64,000 nt of DNA, from positions 118,153-182,152 of the forward strand of contig PCYM01000001.1 of the NCBI GenBank assembly GCA_002774875.1, written 5' to 3'. Below the pieces are notes generated by a model. That model worked only from the letters and a program-made list of their open reading frames with translations. It was not told where the DNA came from and did not search any database. Every line of letters begins with the position of its first letter. The first letter of the stretch is position 1. Both the position numbers and the translations under genes were made by a program. This document shows, one piece after another, positions 17,950 to 30,546 of this stretch. Source of the stretch: Candidatus Uhrbacteria bacterium CG10_big_fil_rev_8_21_14_0_10_50_16 (GTDB lineage: Bacteria > Patescibacteriota > Patescibacteriia > UBA9934 > UBA11717).

Positions 17950-19461
17950 ATGGCAACGTCAAAAACGGTTATTCTCGAGTCGCTCAAAAAACAGCTTGAA
18001 GGATTTTCTCCAAGTACAGAAGCCGTGTCCGTAGGAACGGTGATTGAAGTTGGAGATGGAATCGCACGTATCTCTGGTTTAGAGGAGGCACAGGCGTCCG
18101 AGATCGTGGAGTTCCCAGGTGGAACCTATGGGGTATTGTTGAACTTGGAAGAGGATTCCGTGGGTGCGATTATTTTAGGGGCGTATCGTCATATTAAAAA
18201 AGGTGACACCGTTAAGCGCACGGAGCGTATTTTGTCGGTTCCCGTGTCTGAGGAGATGATAGGGCGTGTGGTGGATCCACTGGGAGTTCCAAAAGATGGA
18301 AAGGGTGCCTTGCCACAGGATCACTTTGAGCCGATCGAGAAAGTTGCACCGGGTGTTATGACACGTCAGTCTGTGCATGAACCGCTGCAAACAGGTATCA
18401 AGGCTATTGACGCTATGATCCCAATTGGCCGTGGCCAGCGCGAGTTGATTATTGGTGACCGTCAAACAGGAAAGACGGCTATTGCTATTGATACAATTTT
18501 GAACCAGAAGGGACAGGGCGTTGTGTGTATTTATGTGGCAATCGGACAAAAAGAGTCAAAAATTGCAAAATTGGTAAAGCGATTGGAGGACGCGGGTGCC
18601 ATGGAATACACGATCGTTGTTTTGGCGGGAGCATCTGACCCATCGGCGCTTTGGTATATTGCGCCATACGCAGGTGCGTCGATAGGAGAGTTTTTCATGA
18701 ACAAAGGCCAAGACGTGCTCGTGGTTTACGACGATTTATCTAAGCAGGCCGTGGCGTATCGAGAAATTTCTTTATTGCTACGTCGACCACCAGGACGCGA
18801 GGCCTATCCTGGAGATGTGTTTTACCTACACTCTCGTCTATTGGAGCGAGCCGCAAAGTTGAATGATAAATACGGTGGAGGATCCATGACCGCCTTGCCA
18901 ATTATTGAAACACAGGGAGGCGATGTGAGTGCCTATGTGCCTACCAATGTGATTTCTATCACGGACGGACAGATTTATTTGGAGTCGGACCTTTTTTATA
19001 AGGGTCAACGTCCTGCGTTAAACGTGGGATTGTCCGTGTCGCGTGTGGGATCGGCAGCGCAAACGAAAGCAATGAAATCCGTCGCAAAACAGCTGCGTTT
19101 GGACTTGGCACAGTATCGCGAGTTGGAAGCGTTCTCGCAGTTTGCGTCTGATTTGGATGAGCAAACACGTGCATCTATTGAACGCGGAAAGCGAACAACA
19201 GAATTGTTGAAGCAAGGACAGTATGTGCCGTTGTCCGTTCCAAGTCAGGTGATGTCTATCTTGGCCGTAACAGAAGGTTACTTGGATGCTGTTCCTGTGG
19301 AGCGTATTCAAGAATGGGAGACCGCTTTCTTGGGGTATATGTCCACCATGCACGAAGACCTTGTTGCAGAAATTGCAACCACTCTTAAGTTGGAGGATGA
19401 CGTGAAGGAAAAACTTGTTGGCATTATTGAAACATTCACTCGTGACTTTGTAAGCGCGTAA
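17950..19461 (+). CDS. atpA: ATP synthase F1 subunit alpha
   Basis: [27 protein letters not shown]. Confidence 0.99.
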   Translation: MATSKTVILESLKKQLEGFSPSTEAVSVGTVIEVGDGIARISGLEEAQASEIVEFPGGTYGVLLNLEEDSVGAIILGAYRHIKKGDTVKRTERILSVPVSEEMIGRVVDPLGVPKDGKGALPQDHFEPIEKVAPGVMTRQSVHEPLQTGIKAIDAMIPIGRGQRELIIGDRQTGKTAIAIDTILNQKGQGVVCIYVAIGQKESKIAKLVKRLEDAGAMEYTIVVLAGASDPSALWYIAPYAGASIGEFFMNKGQDVLVVYDDLSKQAVAYREISLLLRRPPGREAYPGDVFYLHSRLLERAAKLNDKYGGGSMTALPIIETQGGDVSAYVPTNVISITDGQIYLESDLFYKGQRPALNVGLSVSRVGSAAQTKAMKSVAKQLRLDLAQYRELEAFSQFASDLDEQTRASIERGKRTTELLKQGQYVPLSVPSQVMSILAVTEGYLDAVPVERIQEWETAFLGYMSTMHEDLVAEIATTLKLEDDVKEKLVGIIETFTRDFVSA

Positions 19462-19471
19462 AGGGCCATCT

Positions 19472-21768
<2,297 letters not shown>

Positions 21769-21771
21769 TCT

Positions 21772-22194
21772 ATGGCAGCCAAGATTCAATTCTCCATTGT
21801 GACACCAGAGAAAACCGTTCATCAGGCGGAGGTTGATTCGGTTCGTGTGACCACGACCCTTGGAGAAATTGAAATACTTTCGCAGCATATTCCACTCGTG
21901 GCAGAACTCAAACCGGGTTCTGTGGCGATAACGGATGATGGTGCAGAGCGTTTGATTGCGGTCTCAACGGGATTTGTGGAGGTCCGACCAGACAATTCCG
22001 TGATTGTGCTGGCAGATACGGCAGATCGCGCAGAAGATTTGGATTTGGCGGCGATCGAGAAAGCACAAGAGGCGGCAAAACAGGTTATGGAAGAGAAACA
22101 AAATGTAGATGAGGAGGCCTATGCGCACGCGGCGGCTTCCTTGGAACGCGAGCTGGCACGGGCGCGTGTTGTAAGAAAACAGACCCGTCACTAG
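21772..22194 (+). CDS. atpC: ATP synthase F1 subunit epsilon
   Basis: IVTPEK, GEIEILSQHIPL, GFVEV, VLADTA. Confidence 0.95.
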   Translation: MAAKIQFSIVTPEKTVHQAEVDSVRVTTTLGEIEILSQHIPLVAELKPGSVAITDDGAERLIAVSTGFVEVRPDNSVIVLADTADRAEDLDLAAIEKAQEAAKQVMEEKQNVDEEAYAHAAASLERELARARVVRKQTRH

Positions 22195-22209
22195 GATCAA
22201 AAAGCTAAT

Positions 22210-22236
22210 AAACACGGTTGATACGCCGTGTTTTTT
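22210..22236 (+). terminator. atp operon terminator
   Basis: AAACACGG-TTGATACG-CCGTGTTT followed by TTT. Confidence 0.8.
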
Positions 22237-22262
22237 AGGTATAACCTTCTTTAGTCGACAAG

Positions 22263-22822
22263 GTGGACAGTGGGGTTCGTTGTGACTCGGTGAAGGTTGT
22301 TCGAGGGGAGTTAGACGAGCATTTCTGTACTATGGGGTATCCGAGGCATGAGTAGGATTCTGTAGGGTACCCGGTGGATGACATCGCGACGCGCAACCTG
22401 GCTCAGGATGTGCACGACAAGACGGTGATGGGTGAACGGATCATGGGGTGGATCCAGGCGTGCATCCAACTGCACAGTTGTCGCCAGATCGTGATCACGC
22501 TAAACGCTGGCGACCTGAGGAGTGAGTTCCGGGCCGCGGTGCTTTTGTGAATCGTGAAACAGTTTCCTCAGCAGCTAGGCATCACTTTTGTGAGTGTGAA
22601 CGTCGGAGAATACTCGGCGTTCGAGACACGGGACGAAGAAACGCAACAGCATAAAATGGATCTTTTGCGTGCAGCCGAGCAGGTCTCACAAACATATCCT
22701 GACATGGAGGTCAATTGATTCTTGTGCACATTGAAGATGATCAAACAATCTCCTTTGAAGACGTGGGGCGAGAGTCAATAAACACCCAGTTCTCCTCCAT
22801 TCAAGATTCGATCGAAGTGTAA
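22263..22822 (+). pseudogene. Decayed gene, possibly carbonic-anhydrase-like
   Basis: Protein-like frame from GTG 22263 broken by TAG 22353 and TGA 22548 plus a frameshift near 22713 (..HKMDLLRAAEQVSQTYPDMEV/LILVHIEDD..). Confidence 0.6.
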
Positions 22823-22867
22823 TTACAAAGCAGGCCGAGAGGTCTGTTTTTTATAAACTCGCCGTGA

Positions 22868-22896
22868 TTGACAAGCGTGAAAGAAAAAGGTATAGA
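22868..22896 (+). promoter_or_regulatory. sigma70 promoter for the two-gene ORFan operon
   Basis: TTGACA-17 nt-TATAGA. Confidence 0.6.
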
Positions 22897-22943
22897 AGTG
22901 GCACCCAAGCGCAACAAATGCGTATTGGAACGGTGGAGTTGCG

Positions 22944-23189
22944 ATGACACTGGGAGACTTGTTGAGGGATTTGCAGGAGATCGTGCGCCGCGTGCTCAAG
23001 AACGCAAACGCGGTGGGATCAAGGTTCACCCGGTACGCAGAACTCAAGGAGGAGCTCCTGGCAGCTCTTCGTGCGGAGCTGCGGATCGGGTCTATCCAAG
23101 AGGCACATGCGTTGCCTGTCACGACCACGCTGAGCGATCAGGTGGCCAACTTGTTTCGTTCGCTGAGTCGTTACGCTGCGGCGCTCTAG
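22944..23189 (+). CDS. ORFan helical protein (81 aa)
   Basis: GGAG SD before ATG, amphipathic helices, GC-rich codons. Confidence 0.7.
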   Translation: MTLGDLLRDLQEIVRRVLKNANAVGSRFTRYAELKEELLAALRAELRIGSIQEAHALPVTTTLSDQVANLFRSLSRYAAAL

Positions 23190-23230
23190 AAGCAGCTCGT
23201 CCCACCCCCACCAACCGCGAAGGAGCGGAC

Positions 23231-23545
23231 ATGACAAAAATGGTAAGAGAGGCGCTGCGGCGCGCAGAACGGATTCAGGGGATCGCCACCGACTCAAGGG
23301 CAGAGATCCCGATGGGGTGGGAAGACGCGCTCGCTGGGCTGGTGGATGACCTCATGGTTGCCATCTTCCGTCAGTGTGGCGTTCGTGATGCCGACGCGTT
23401 GACGGACGACCAGCTGGGAGAACCTCTTGACGAGGACTCGAGCCTCGCGTTCGACGCGCTCGTTACCCATGGGCAGAAGGTGACGCCGAGCAGGCTCTCA
23501 CTTCTCTCGGCTCCGATCCGACCTCCCCGAGGCTGGAGGCCATGA
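23231..23545 (+). CDS. ORFan helical protein (104 aa)
   Basis: AAGGAG SD before ATG 23231; 3' part of track ORF 22868-23545. Confidence 0.7.
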   Translation: MTKMVREALRRAERIQGIATDSRAEIPMGWEDALAGLVDDLMVAIFRQCGVRDADALTDDQLGEPLDEDSSLAFDALVTHGQKVTPSRLSLLSAPIRPPRGWRP

Positions 23546-23552
23546 TCAACAT

Positions 23553-23607
23553 TGAGGCGTGCTCGCCCGACAGGTTCTCTGTCGGCTGCGAGTGCGCTCA
23601 TCTTTTT
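23553..23607 (+). terminator. Long-hairpin terminator of the ORFan operon
   Basis: TGAGGCGTGCTCGC-CCGACAG...CTGTCGG-CT-GCGAGTGCGCTCA followed by TCTTTTT. Confidence 0.7.
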
Positions 23608-23609
23608 AA

Positions 23610-23638
23610 TTGACGAGGCCCAAAATCCTCTATACACT
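23610..23638 (+). promoter_or_regulatory. lysK promoter (near-leaderless transcript)
   Basis: TTGACG-17 nt-TACACT, 9 nt before the ATG. Confidence 0.65.
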
Positions 23639-23647
23639 GCCATTACT

Positions 23648-25261
23648 ATGCGTATTGGAAAAGACATTTTAAAGGAGGAGGGACAATTCTGGGGGAAAGC
23701 GATTGCGGAGGAGATTGTGCGGCAGCGTCCAGATAAGGATGTGTATGTTGTGTCCTCGGGAATTAGCCCCTCAGGGCCTATTCATTTTGGAAACTTTCGG
23801 GAAATTGTGACGCAGTTTGTGGTCAAACGAGAACTGGAGAAACTGGGTAAGCGGGTGCGATTTGTGTTTGTGTGGGATGACTTTGATGCCATGCGCAAAG
23901 TGCCGGCGGGAGTTGGAGAGGAATTTGTAGAACATATCCGTAAACCGTTGTCGCGTATCCCGTCGCCCGCAGGTGAGGGAACATGGGCGCAGATCCATGA
24001 ACAGGCATTTGAAAGAACATTACAGGAGTTTGGCATTGAGACGGAATTTTTGTATCAAACAAAAACGTACGAGCAGGGAACCTACGATACATATATCAAA
24101 ACGGCTTTGCAGAAGCGTGAGGTGATTGCGCGTATCTTGTTGCGTCACATGTCGGATAAGGCAAAAGCCACCAAGGAGATTAATGAGGATGCGTTTGTGG
24201 CGTCCTATTATCCGGTTTCCATTTTCTCTACGTGGACCGACAAAGACACGACGGAGATCCTTGATTATGATGGAGAAAATCAACTCACGTATCGCTGTTT
24301 AGAAACGGGGAACGAGGAGACGATCGATCTTACAAAACAACATCAACTCAAATTTGCTTGGAAGACCGATTGGGCCATGCGATGGGCAGTGATGGGTGTG
24401 GATTTTGAATCAGCTGGTAAAGATCATAATTCGCCAGACGGATCCTTTGACGTGAGCTCGGACATTGTGCGTGAGGTGTTTGACGCAGAGGGCCCTATTG
24501 GACTTGCGTATGAGTTTATTGGCATTCAGGGATTGGGCGCAAAAATGAGTGGATCTAAGGGGAATTCGGTGACGCCTGGTCAACTCCTTGATATTTACGA
24601 GGTTCCGTTGTTGCTGTGGTTGTATTCACGTAAGCTGCCATCACAGCGATTTGATTTAGCCTTCAACTCAGAGATTTTGCGTCAGTACAGCGAGTTCGAC
24701 AGGGAAGTAGAGTTGTTGCGAACGGGCAAACTCTCCGATGTGCGGGTGGAGGCACTGCAGATTGCCGGTGCCGATAGCGCACCTTTAAATCCTATGCCAT
24801 TGCGACAAGCAATCGCGTTGGGACAGATTGTGCAATGGGATACAGAGAAAGTTGTACATATGCTTACGGCGCTGCAGATGGTTTTTGACCGTGCGAGTAT
24901 TGAGTCGCGACTTCTTAAGGCGTGTGCGTATTTGGAGACGTACAATAGGGAGGAGATGGTTGCGCTACGTGAGGGCATGAACGAGGAATACACATTGACC
25001 TTGTCAGATGATCGAAAGGCCGTCGTTGGCCGGTTGCGAACGTTTTTGGAGAGCGGGGAAAATCGAATCTCAGCGATTGAGAAAGAAATGTATGAGATTC
25101 CAAAGCAGGAGGGAATGGATGAGAAAGCCGTAAAACTTGCCCAGCGTGCATTTTTTACGGACGTCTACAACCTGCTTATTGGAAAAGATACCGGTCCGAG
25201 ACTTTCCACGTTCCTGTGGGCGGTTGATCGGCAAAAAGTGTTAGAACTGCTAAACGTGTAG
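23648..25261 (+). CDS. lysK: Lysine--tRNA ligase, class I
   Basis: SGISPSGPIHFGNFRE, WDDFDAMRKVP, WKTDWAMRW, GKDH, KMSGSKGN, GPRL. Confidence 0.95.
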   Translation: MRIGKDILKEEGQFWGKAIAEEIVRQRPDKDVYVVSSGISPSGPIHFGNFREIVTQFVVKRELEKLGKRVRFVFVWDDFDAMRKVPAGVGEEFVEHIRKPLSRIPSPAGEGTWAQIHEQAFERTLQEFGIETEFLYQTKTYEQGTYDTYIKTALQKREVIARILLRHMSDKAKATKEINEDAFVASYYPVSIFSTWTDKDTTEILDYDGENQLTYRCLETGNEETIDLTKQHQLKFAWKTDWAMRWAVMGVDFESAGKDHNSPDGSFDVSSDIVREVFDAEGPIGLAYEFIGIQGLGAKMSGSKGNSVTPGQLLDIYEVPLLLWLYSRKLPSQRFDLAFNSEILRQYSEFDREVELLRTGKLSDVRVEALQIAGADSAPLNPMPLRQAIALGQIVQWDTEKVVHMLTALQMVFDRASIESRLLKACAYLETYNREEMVALREGMNEEYTLTLSDDRKAVVGRLRTFLESGENRISAIEKEMYEIPKQEGMDEKAVKLAQRAFFTDVYNLLIGKDTGPRLSTFLWAVDRQKVLELLNV

Positions 25262-25449
25262 TTACCATACAAACCATAGATCGAACGTTTTGAGATTGGA
25301 GAAATGACTTACCTGCTAAGGGATCACAGTCTATGGATTAGCATGATGACCTCGCGCGTTAAGTGTATTTGATGGGAATAAAACAATGCGATAGCTTGCC
25401 CATGATCACGCACGATCATGAGGAAAGAGATTTGTGCTAAAATGGTTCT

Positions 25450-26064
25450 ATGACACGCGCGGAAAAACAAACGGCCATGGAAGTTATCCACAGGGAGATT
25501 GAATGCCTCACGGCTTCTTTTTTGTGCGAGGAGCGAATTCGCACGCAGATGCTCCCCGTAATAGGGGAGGGGTCGCTTGACGCGAGGGTGATGTTTATCG
25601 GCGAGGCACCAGGGAAAAAAGAGGCGCTTACAGGCAAGCCGTTTTGCGGTGCATCGGGAAAGGTTTTAGATCAGTTGCTCACAGATACGGGTTTATCACG
25701 TGAGTCCGTGTATATTACAAATGTTGTAAAGGATCGACCGCCAAAAAATCGCGACCCTAAGCCCGAGGAGATTGAGCTCTATGGTCCGTTCCTTGATCGT
25801 CAAATTGCGCTCATACAACCAACGGTTATTGCAACACTTGGCCGGTTTTCTATGGAATATGTGATGCGTCGTTATGGTCTTGAGGAGCGGTTGGAGACAA
25901 TCTCTGGGCTTCACGGAAAGCAACATACTCTGAAAATGGAGTTTGGTACCGTCCACATGCGCCCGCTCTACCACCCAGCTGTAGCCGTGTATAATCGAAC
26001 CAGGTACAGTGAACTCTTGGCAGACATGCAGTCACTTGCCGATTTTGAACAACCAGCAACCTGA
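25450..26064 (+). CDS. Uracil-DNA glycosylase, family 4
   Basis: MFIGEAPG, GKPFCGASG, YITNVVKDRPPKNRDP, LYHPA. Confidence 0.92.
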   Translation: MTRAEKQTAMEVIHREIECLTASFLCEERIRTQMLPVIGEGSLDARVMFIGEAPGKKEALTGKPFCGASGKVLDQLLTDTGLSRESVYITNVVKDRPPKNRDPKPEEIELYGPFLDRQIALIQPTVIATLGRFSMEYVMRRYGLEERLETISGLHGKQHTLKMEFGTVHMRPLYHPAVAVYNRTRYSELLADMQSLADFEQPAT

Positions 26065-26068
26065 AGGT

Positions 26069-26656
26069 ATGCCAAACGGATCTGTGGAAGTTATTTGTGG
26101 AGGAATGTTCTCGGGGAAAACCGAGGAATTGTTGAGGCGTATTCGTCGGGAGCAGTACGCTCGACGGAAAATTCAATTATTTAAACACGGACTAGATCAA
26201 CGCTATACGGAGGGCCATGTGGAATCACACTCTTCTTTAAAGCTTCCCTCGGAGGAGGTTGCGACAGCTCAGGATCTGATTCGGCAGGTCAAGGAGGAGA
26301 CTCGTGTTGTTGGGATCGACGAGGTGCAGTTCTTTGACGACGAGATTGTGGCGGTTGCCAATCATCTGGCGGACCGTGGGGTGCGGGTGATTGTGGCGGG
26401 CCTTGACACCGACTATAAGGGCGTGCCGTTTGGTCCCATGCCACATTTAATGGCTATCGCCGAGGATGTTACAAAAATTCGTGCCGTCTGTGTATTGTGT
26501 GGCGGGCCTGCAAGTCGATCGCATCGACTCAGCCGGGAAGGGGACCAAGTGCAGGTAGGCGCGACGGATGTTTACGAGGCGCGGTGCCGATCCTGTGACG
26601 CGCTCCATGTGTGTCCTGTTCAATCAACTACAACTTCTTATGAAACGACTCATTAG
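26069..26656 (+). CDS. tdk: Thymidine kinase
   Basis: CGGMFSGKTEEL, IDEVQFF, AGLDTDY, CVLC, YEARCRSC. Confidence 0.96.
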   Translation: MPNGSVEVICGGMFSGKTEELLRRIRREQYARRKIQLFKHGLDQRYTEGHVESHSSLKLPSEEVATAQDLIRQVKEETRVVGIDEVQFFDDEIVAVANHLADRGVRVIVAGLDTDYKGVPFGPMPHLMAIAEDVTKIRAVCVLCGGPASRSHRLSREGDQVQVGATDVYEARCRSCDALHVCPVQSTTTSYETTH

Positions 26657-27164
26657 TATATTCCTGTTCATTTTCTTGTTGGGCGCTGGCTGTGTATCAC
26701 CTCCTCCAACGTCGACCGTTGCGAGATCTTCTTGGTTTTTGACGCGTGCTGACAACCAACCGCTTTATGCCTTCACACCCTATTGGCAGTCGCGTGTGGA
26801 TTTTCCTGCTTACCCAGAACGTTCGCGCGTGGATGGCAATGATCGTGTGTGGCTGCAAACAGTCCCAGAGCCCGTGCGTGTAGACAATTATACCTACAAG
26901 GAAAAATTTACGTACTATCCAGACGAGGATTGGATTGTGTTTGATACAATCATTTTTGATAAGAAGGCCACTATGCCATCCAACGCCGAATTACGACAGA
27001 TCGGCAATAACACTATTGGGGTCATTCCAAATGGCAACGGCGTGTTTACCATGTTTTTTTTACAGACAGAGTCTGGACTATTTCAAATCATCCCCTATTA
27101 TGGGTCGGACGTAACGGAGCAACAAATGGAGGAGGTGATTGGACAACTGGTGGATAACACATGA
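26640..27164 (+). CDS. Hypothetical lipoprotein
   Basis: Signal MKRLISIFLFIFLLGAGC. Confidence 0.7.
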   Translation: MKRLISIFLFIFLLGAGCVSPPPTSTVARSSWFLTRADNQPLYAFTPYWQSRVDFPAYPERSRVDGNDRVWLQTVPEPVRVDNYTYKEKFTYYPDEDWIVFDTIIFDKKATMPSNAELRQIGNNTIGVIPNGNGVFTMFFLQTESGLFQIIPYYGSDVTEQQMEEVIGQLVDNT

Positions 27165-27643
27165 TGCTGCATTTTTTAGGGAGGCGATATGCTGTCTGTC
27201 CGCGCACAGCGTTTGATGAGCGGTATATTTGGTTAGAAGGGGAGGCGTGTCACATTGTGACGCCGGTTACACAAGAGGAGCACGTGCAGCGTTGTGTGGA
27301 TCGATGGGTGGAACGTGAGGCAAGGGTGTACCTCACGCAACGTGTGCGCGCGTTGTCGCAAGAGACGTCCTGGCATGTTAAACGGGTCTCGTTTAGACGG
27401 CAGTCGACCATTTGGGGAAGTTGCAGCAGTGCCAAGAATCTGAGCCTCAATCTGCATTTAATTCACGTCGATCCATTGTTGATTGACTATGTGTTGATTC
27501 ACGAATTGGCGCACACTGTGGAGATGAATCATTCTCGTGCGTTTTGGAGACTAGTTGGTCAGTATTGTCCAGAATATCCACAGCGGAAGCGAGAATTGGT
27601 GCGTGTTCATCGAGAAATCAAAGAGGAGGCGAACATGGTCTAA
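27161..27643 (+). CDS. M48/YgjP-like (DUF45) metallopeptidase
   Basis: WGSCS, IDYVLIHELAH, NHSRAFW. Confidence 0.88.
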   Translation: MMLHFLGRRYAVCPRTAFDERYIWLEGEACHIVTPVTQEEHVQRCVDRWVEREARVYLTQRVRALSQETSWHVKRVSFRRQSTIWGSCSSAKNLSLNLHLIHVDPLLIDYVLIHELAHTVEMNHSRAFWRLVGQYCPEYPQRKRELVRVHREIKEEANMV

Positions 27644-27672
27644 ATCGATCGTTCTTGTGTTAAAATAGGCCC

Positions 27673-30546
27673 ATGTCAAACGTCTTAGAGGGATTAAATG
27701 AAGAGCAAATTGCGGCGGTGACCCATGCGTCAGGGCCGTTGATGATTATTGCCGGCGCTGGAACGGGCAAGACGACCGTCATGACCCGCCGGATCGCGTG
27801 GCTCATTGAGCAGGGATTGGCGGAACCGGACCAAATTTTAGCGCTGACGTTTACGGATAAGGCAGCCGCCGAGATGGAGGAACGTGTGGATCTCCTGTTA
27901 CCGTATGGGTATGTCGACTTGTGGATTTCTACATTTCACGCGTTTTGCCAGCGGATTCTACAAGAGCACGGTCTTGATGTTGGGGTTGCGCCAGACGCCG
28001 ATCTCCTCAACGAGACGGATGCCTGGTTGTTGATGCAAAAGCACTGGGACCGATTTCATCTCACGTATTACAAACCGCTTGGCAACCCAACAAAATTTTT
28101 ACAGGCGTTGCTGCAGCATATCTCGCGATTAAAAGACGAAGGTGTGATGCCATCCGATTATCGACGACACGTTGAGTCGCTCGTGGATGTGGAGACAGAA
28201 GAAATGCGTCGACTGTTAGAGCTTGTGCATGCGTATGAGGTGTATGAGTCAATTCTTCACGAGGCACACGCGATGGATTTTGGAGGGCTGATTCTGTATG
28301 CGCTTGCATTGCTTCGTGACCGCCCGCTTGTTCTTGTGCAGTACCAACAACAGTTTCACTACATTATCGTGGATGAGTTTCAGGACACGAACTGGGCGCA
28401 GTATGAGATTGTGCGATTGCTTGCCGCCGCCAGCCAGCAAGTCGCCGTCGTGGGGGATGACGATCAAGCGATTTATCAGTTTCGCGGGGCGTCTGTCGCC
28501 AACATTTTGGCATTCGAAAAAGACTTTCCCAATACCGCTCGCGTGGTACTCACCAAAAACTATCGAACGGTGCAGCCTATTTTGGACAAAGCCTACGATT
28601 TTATTGTACAGAACAATCCGCACCGACTAGAGGTCTCTTTACAGGCGACACATGGCCTTTCAAAACAACTCATAAGCCAGGTAGGAGATGAGGGAACGGT
28701 CAAACACCTACATGCGAGAATAGTGGAAGCGGAGGTACAGATGGTGCTGCGGGAAATGCTTGCGCTCAAACAATCCACGGATTGCGATTGGAGCGACATG
28801 GCTCTTTTGGTGCGAGCGAACAGTCATGCTGAGCCGTTCTTGGAGGGGATGGACACTATTGGGATTCCGTATACGTTTTTAGCTATGCGAGGGCTGTACA
28901 GAAAACCCGTGGTCTTGGACGCCATTGCATTGTTGCGGGCGATTGACGATCCTTTTGATGCACCAAGTTTGTATCGCGTTTTCTCACATCCGGTTATTGG
29001 TATTCCTGAGCAGGACTTATTGGTACTCACGCATACGGCAAAGAAAAAAGGAATGGCAATAATGGACGTGTTGCAACTGTCAGATGTCACTATCTCGTCT
29101 GAAGGTGTTGCGCGATTGAGCGAGTGGCAGGAATTCTTTTCTTTGATTCGTGCCTCAGCAAAACGAAGAAACGCCCTGGAGGTGCTTGCCGAAGCGTTGA
29201 AGAAATCCGGCCTTTACGGATCAATCTTGCAGTTAGATGAGGCGCAGCAACTTGAGCAATCAAGCTACCTACAGCAATTCTACGAACGTGTACGGCGATT
29301 TATTCAAACGTATGCGCACGGAAGCCTTCATTTATTTCTCGAAGCATTCGCTCTTGAGCAGTTAGCAGGCGAGGAAGGGAGTCTTTCTCTGGACCTTCAG
29401 TCCGGACCCGATGAAGTTCGCGTCATGACGGTGCACGGGTCCAAGGGATTAGAGTTTAAGTCTGTATTTTTGTTAAACATGGTGGATCGAAGATTCCCGG
29501 CGCAGCATCGACAAGATTCTTTACCTATTCCCAGTGGATTGATCAAACAAGCGCAAACAGACGGTGATCCGTTTTTAGAGGAAGAACGCCGATTGTTGTA
29601 TGTGGGCATGACGCGCGCTAAGGAGCGACTGTATTTGACGTCGGCAGATGGCTATGGCGGAGCGCGGCAAAAGAAGCTTTCGCGATTTATGATGGAGATG
29701 GGGTATGAGAAGCCGGATCTTGCGCAGACATTCCATGGAGCATCCTTGGAGACTTCTCTGTCTGTAGATCATGTTTTTCTCTCGGGAGCCAATTTACCTG
29801 TTCCTTCAACGTTTTCGTTTACGCAATTGGTGGCATACAATCATTGCCCGCTGCAGTATAAGTTTGCGCATGTGTTGAACATTCCAACCTTTGGTGGACC
29901 GGCACTTAGTTTTGGAAAGACGATGCACAATACGCTTCAAACGTTTTTTGAGACGTTTCTTGCCATGGACGCGTCTGAATCGAGTTGTTTGCCGATGACG
30001 GAAGATCAACTTATAAACGTCTATAGAGAGAAGTGGATTAATGACTGGTATCAAGACGAGCGGCAGCAAGAGGGTTATCGACAGCAAGGAGAGGAGAGCC
30101 TACGGGCGTATTATCAGATCATTCAGGAACATCCACCGAGACCGCTTTTTTTGGAACGCGGATTCACCATCAAAATTGATGACATTGTGATTCGTGGTCG
30201 CGTGGATCGAATCGACGCAATTGAGGGAGGTGTAGAGATTATCGACTACAAAACAGGCACGCCAAAAACAAAAAAGGATTTGTCCGCCACGGACAAGATG
30301 CAGCTCATGCTGTATCAGTTGGCGGCAAAAGAATTGTTTGGGTTGGAGCCAAAGCAACTCACGTTTCATTATCTCCAGGACCATTCTCATGTGTCCTTTT
30401 TGGCAACCGAACAGCAACTGGATACACTTAAGCAACGAATACGAGAAGAGGTGACGCAGATTCGTGCACGGAAGTTTGACCCTACACCGGGCTTCATGTG
30501 TCAGTACTGTGACTTTAAAGATATTTGTCCATTTAAAACTCTATGA
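27673..30546 (+). CDS. UvrD/PcrA-like SF1 helicase fused to a C-terminal PD-(D/E)XK nuclease
   Basis: AGAGTGKT, VDEFQD, VGDDDQAIY, NYRT, MTVHGSKGLEF, EERRLLYVGMTRA; C-terminal RGRVDRID..IIDYKTG and CQYCDFKDIC. Confidence 0.92.
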   Translation: MSNVLEGLNEEQIAAVTHASGPLMIIAGAGTGKTTVMTRRIAWLIEQGLAEPDQILALTFTDKAAAEMEERVDLLLPYGYVDLWISTFHAFCQRILQEHGLDVGVAPDADLLNETDAWLLMQKHWDRFHLTYYKPLGNPTKFLQALLQHISRLKDEGVMPSDYRRHVESLVDVETEEMRRLLELVHAYEVYESILHEAHAMDFGGLILYALALLRDRPLVLVQYQQQFHYIIVDEFQDTNWAQYEIVRLLAAASQQVAVVGDDDQAIYQFRGASVANILAFEKDFPNTARVVLTKNYRTVQPILDKAYDFIVQNNPHRLEVSLQATHGLSKQLISQVGDEGTVKHLHARIVEAEVQMVLREMLALKQSTDCDWSDMALLVRANSHAEPFLEGMDTIGIPYTFLAMRGLYRKPVVLDAIALLRAIDDPFDAPSLYRVFSHPVIGIPEQDLLVLTHTAKKKGMAIMDVLQLSDVTISSEGVARLSEWQEFFSLIRASAKRRNALEVLAEALKKSGLYGSILQLDEAQQLEQSSYLQQFYERVRRFIQTYAHGSLHLFLEAFALEQLAGEEGSLSLDLQSGPDEVRVMTVHGSKGLEFKSVFLLNMVDRRFPAQHRQDSLPIPSGLIKQAQTDGDPFLEEERRLLYVGMTRAKERLYLTSADGYGGARQKKLSRFMMEMGYEKPDLAQTFHGASLETSLSVDHVFLSGANLPVPSTFSFTQLVAYNHCPLQYKFAHVLNIPTFGGPALSFGKTMHNTLQTFFETFLAMDASESSCLPMTEDQLINVYREKWINDWYQDERQQEGYRQQGEESLRAYYQIIQEHPPRPLFLERGFTIKIDDIVIRGRVDRIDAIEGGVEIIDYKTGTPKTKKDLSATDKMQLMLYQLAAKELFGLEPKQLTFHYLQDHSHVSFLATEQQLDTLKQRIREEVTQIRARKFDPTPGFMCQYCDFKDICPFKTL

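Noticed and set aside
22353-22550. Stop-codon recoding (TGA=Gly, Sec or Pyl) to rescue the 22263 frame
   Set aside because: Both TAG and TGA plus a frameshift would be needed, and TGA terminates normal genes here (clpB, udg, mreB)
22868-23230. N-terminal 121 aa of the 225-aa track ORF
   Set aside because: Its TTG start is the -35 element; the region is better explained by the 81-aa ORF in another frame and an SD-led start at 23231
25262-25440. Short inverted repeats in the lysK-udg gap (CCATAGA/TCTATGG, TGCTAA/TTAGCA, CATGATC/GATCATG)
   Set aside because: Stems are only 6-7 bp, partly mutually exclusive, with no promoter-terminator frame; indistinguishable from chance or gene debris
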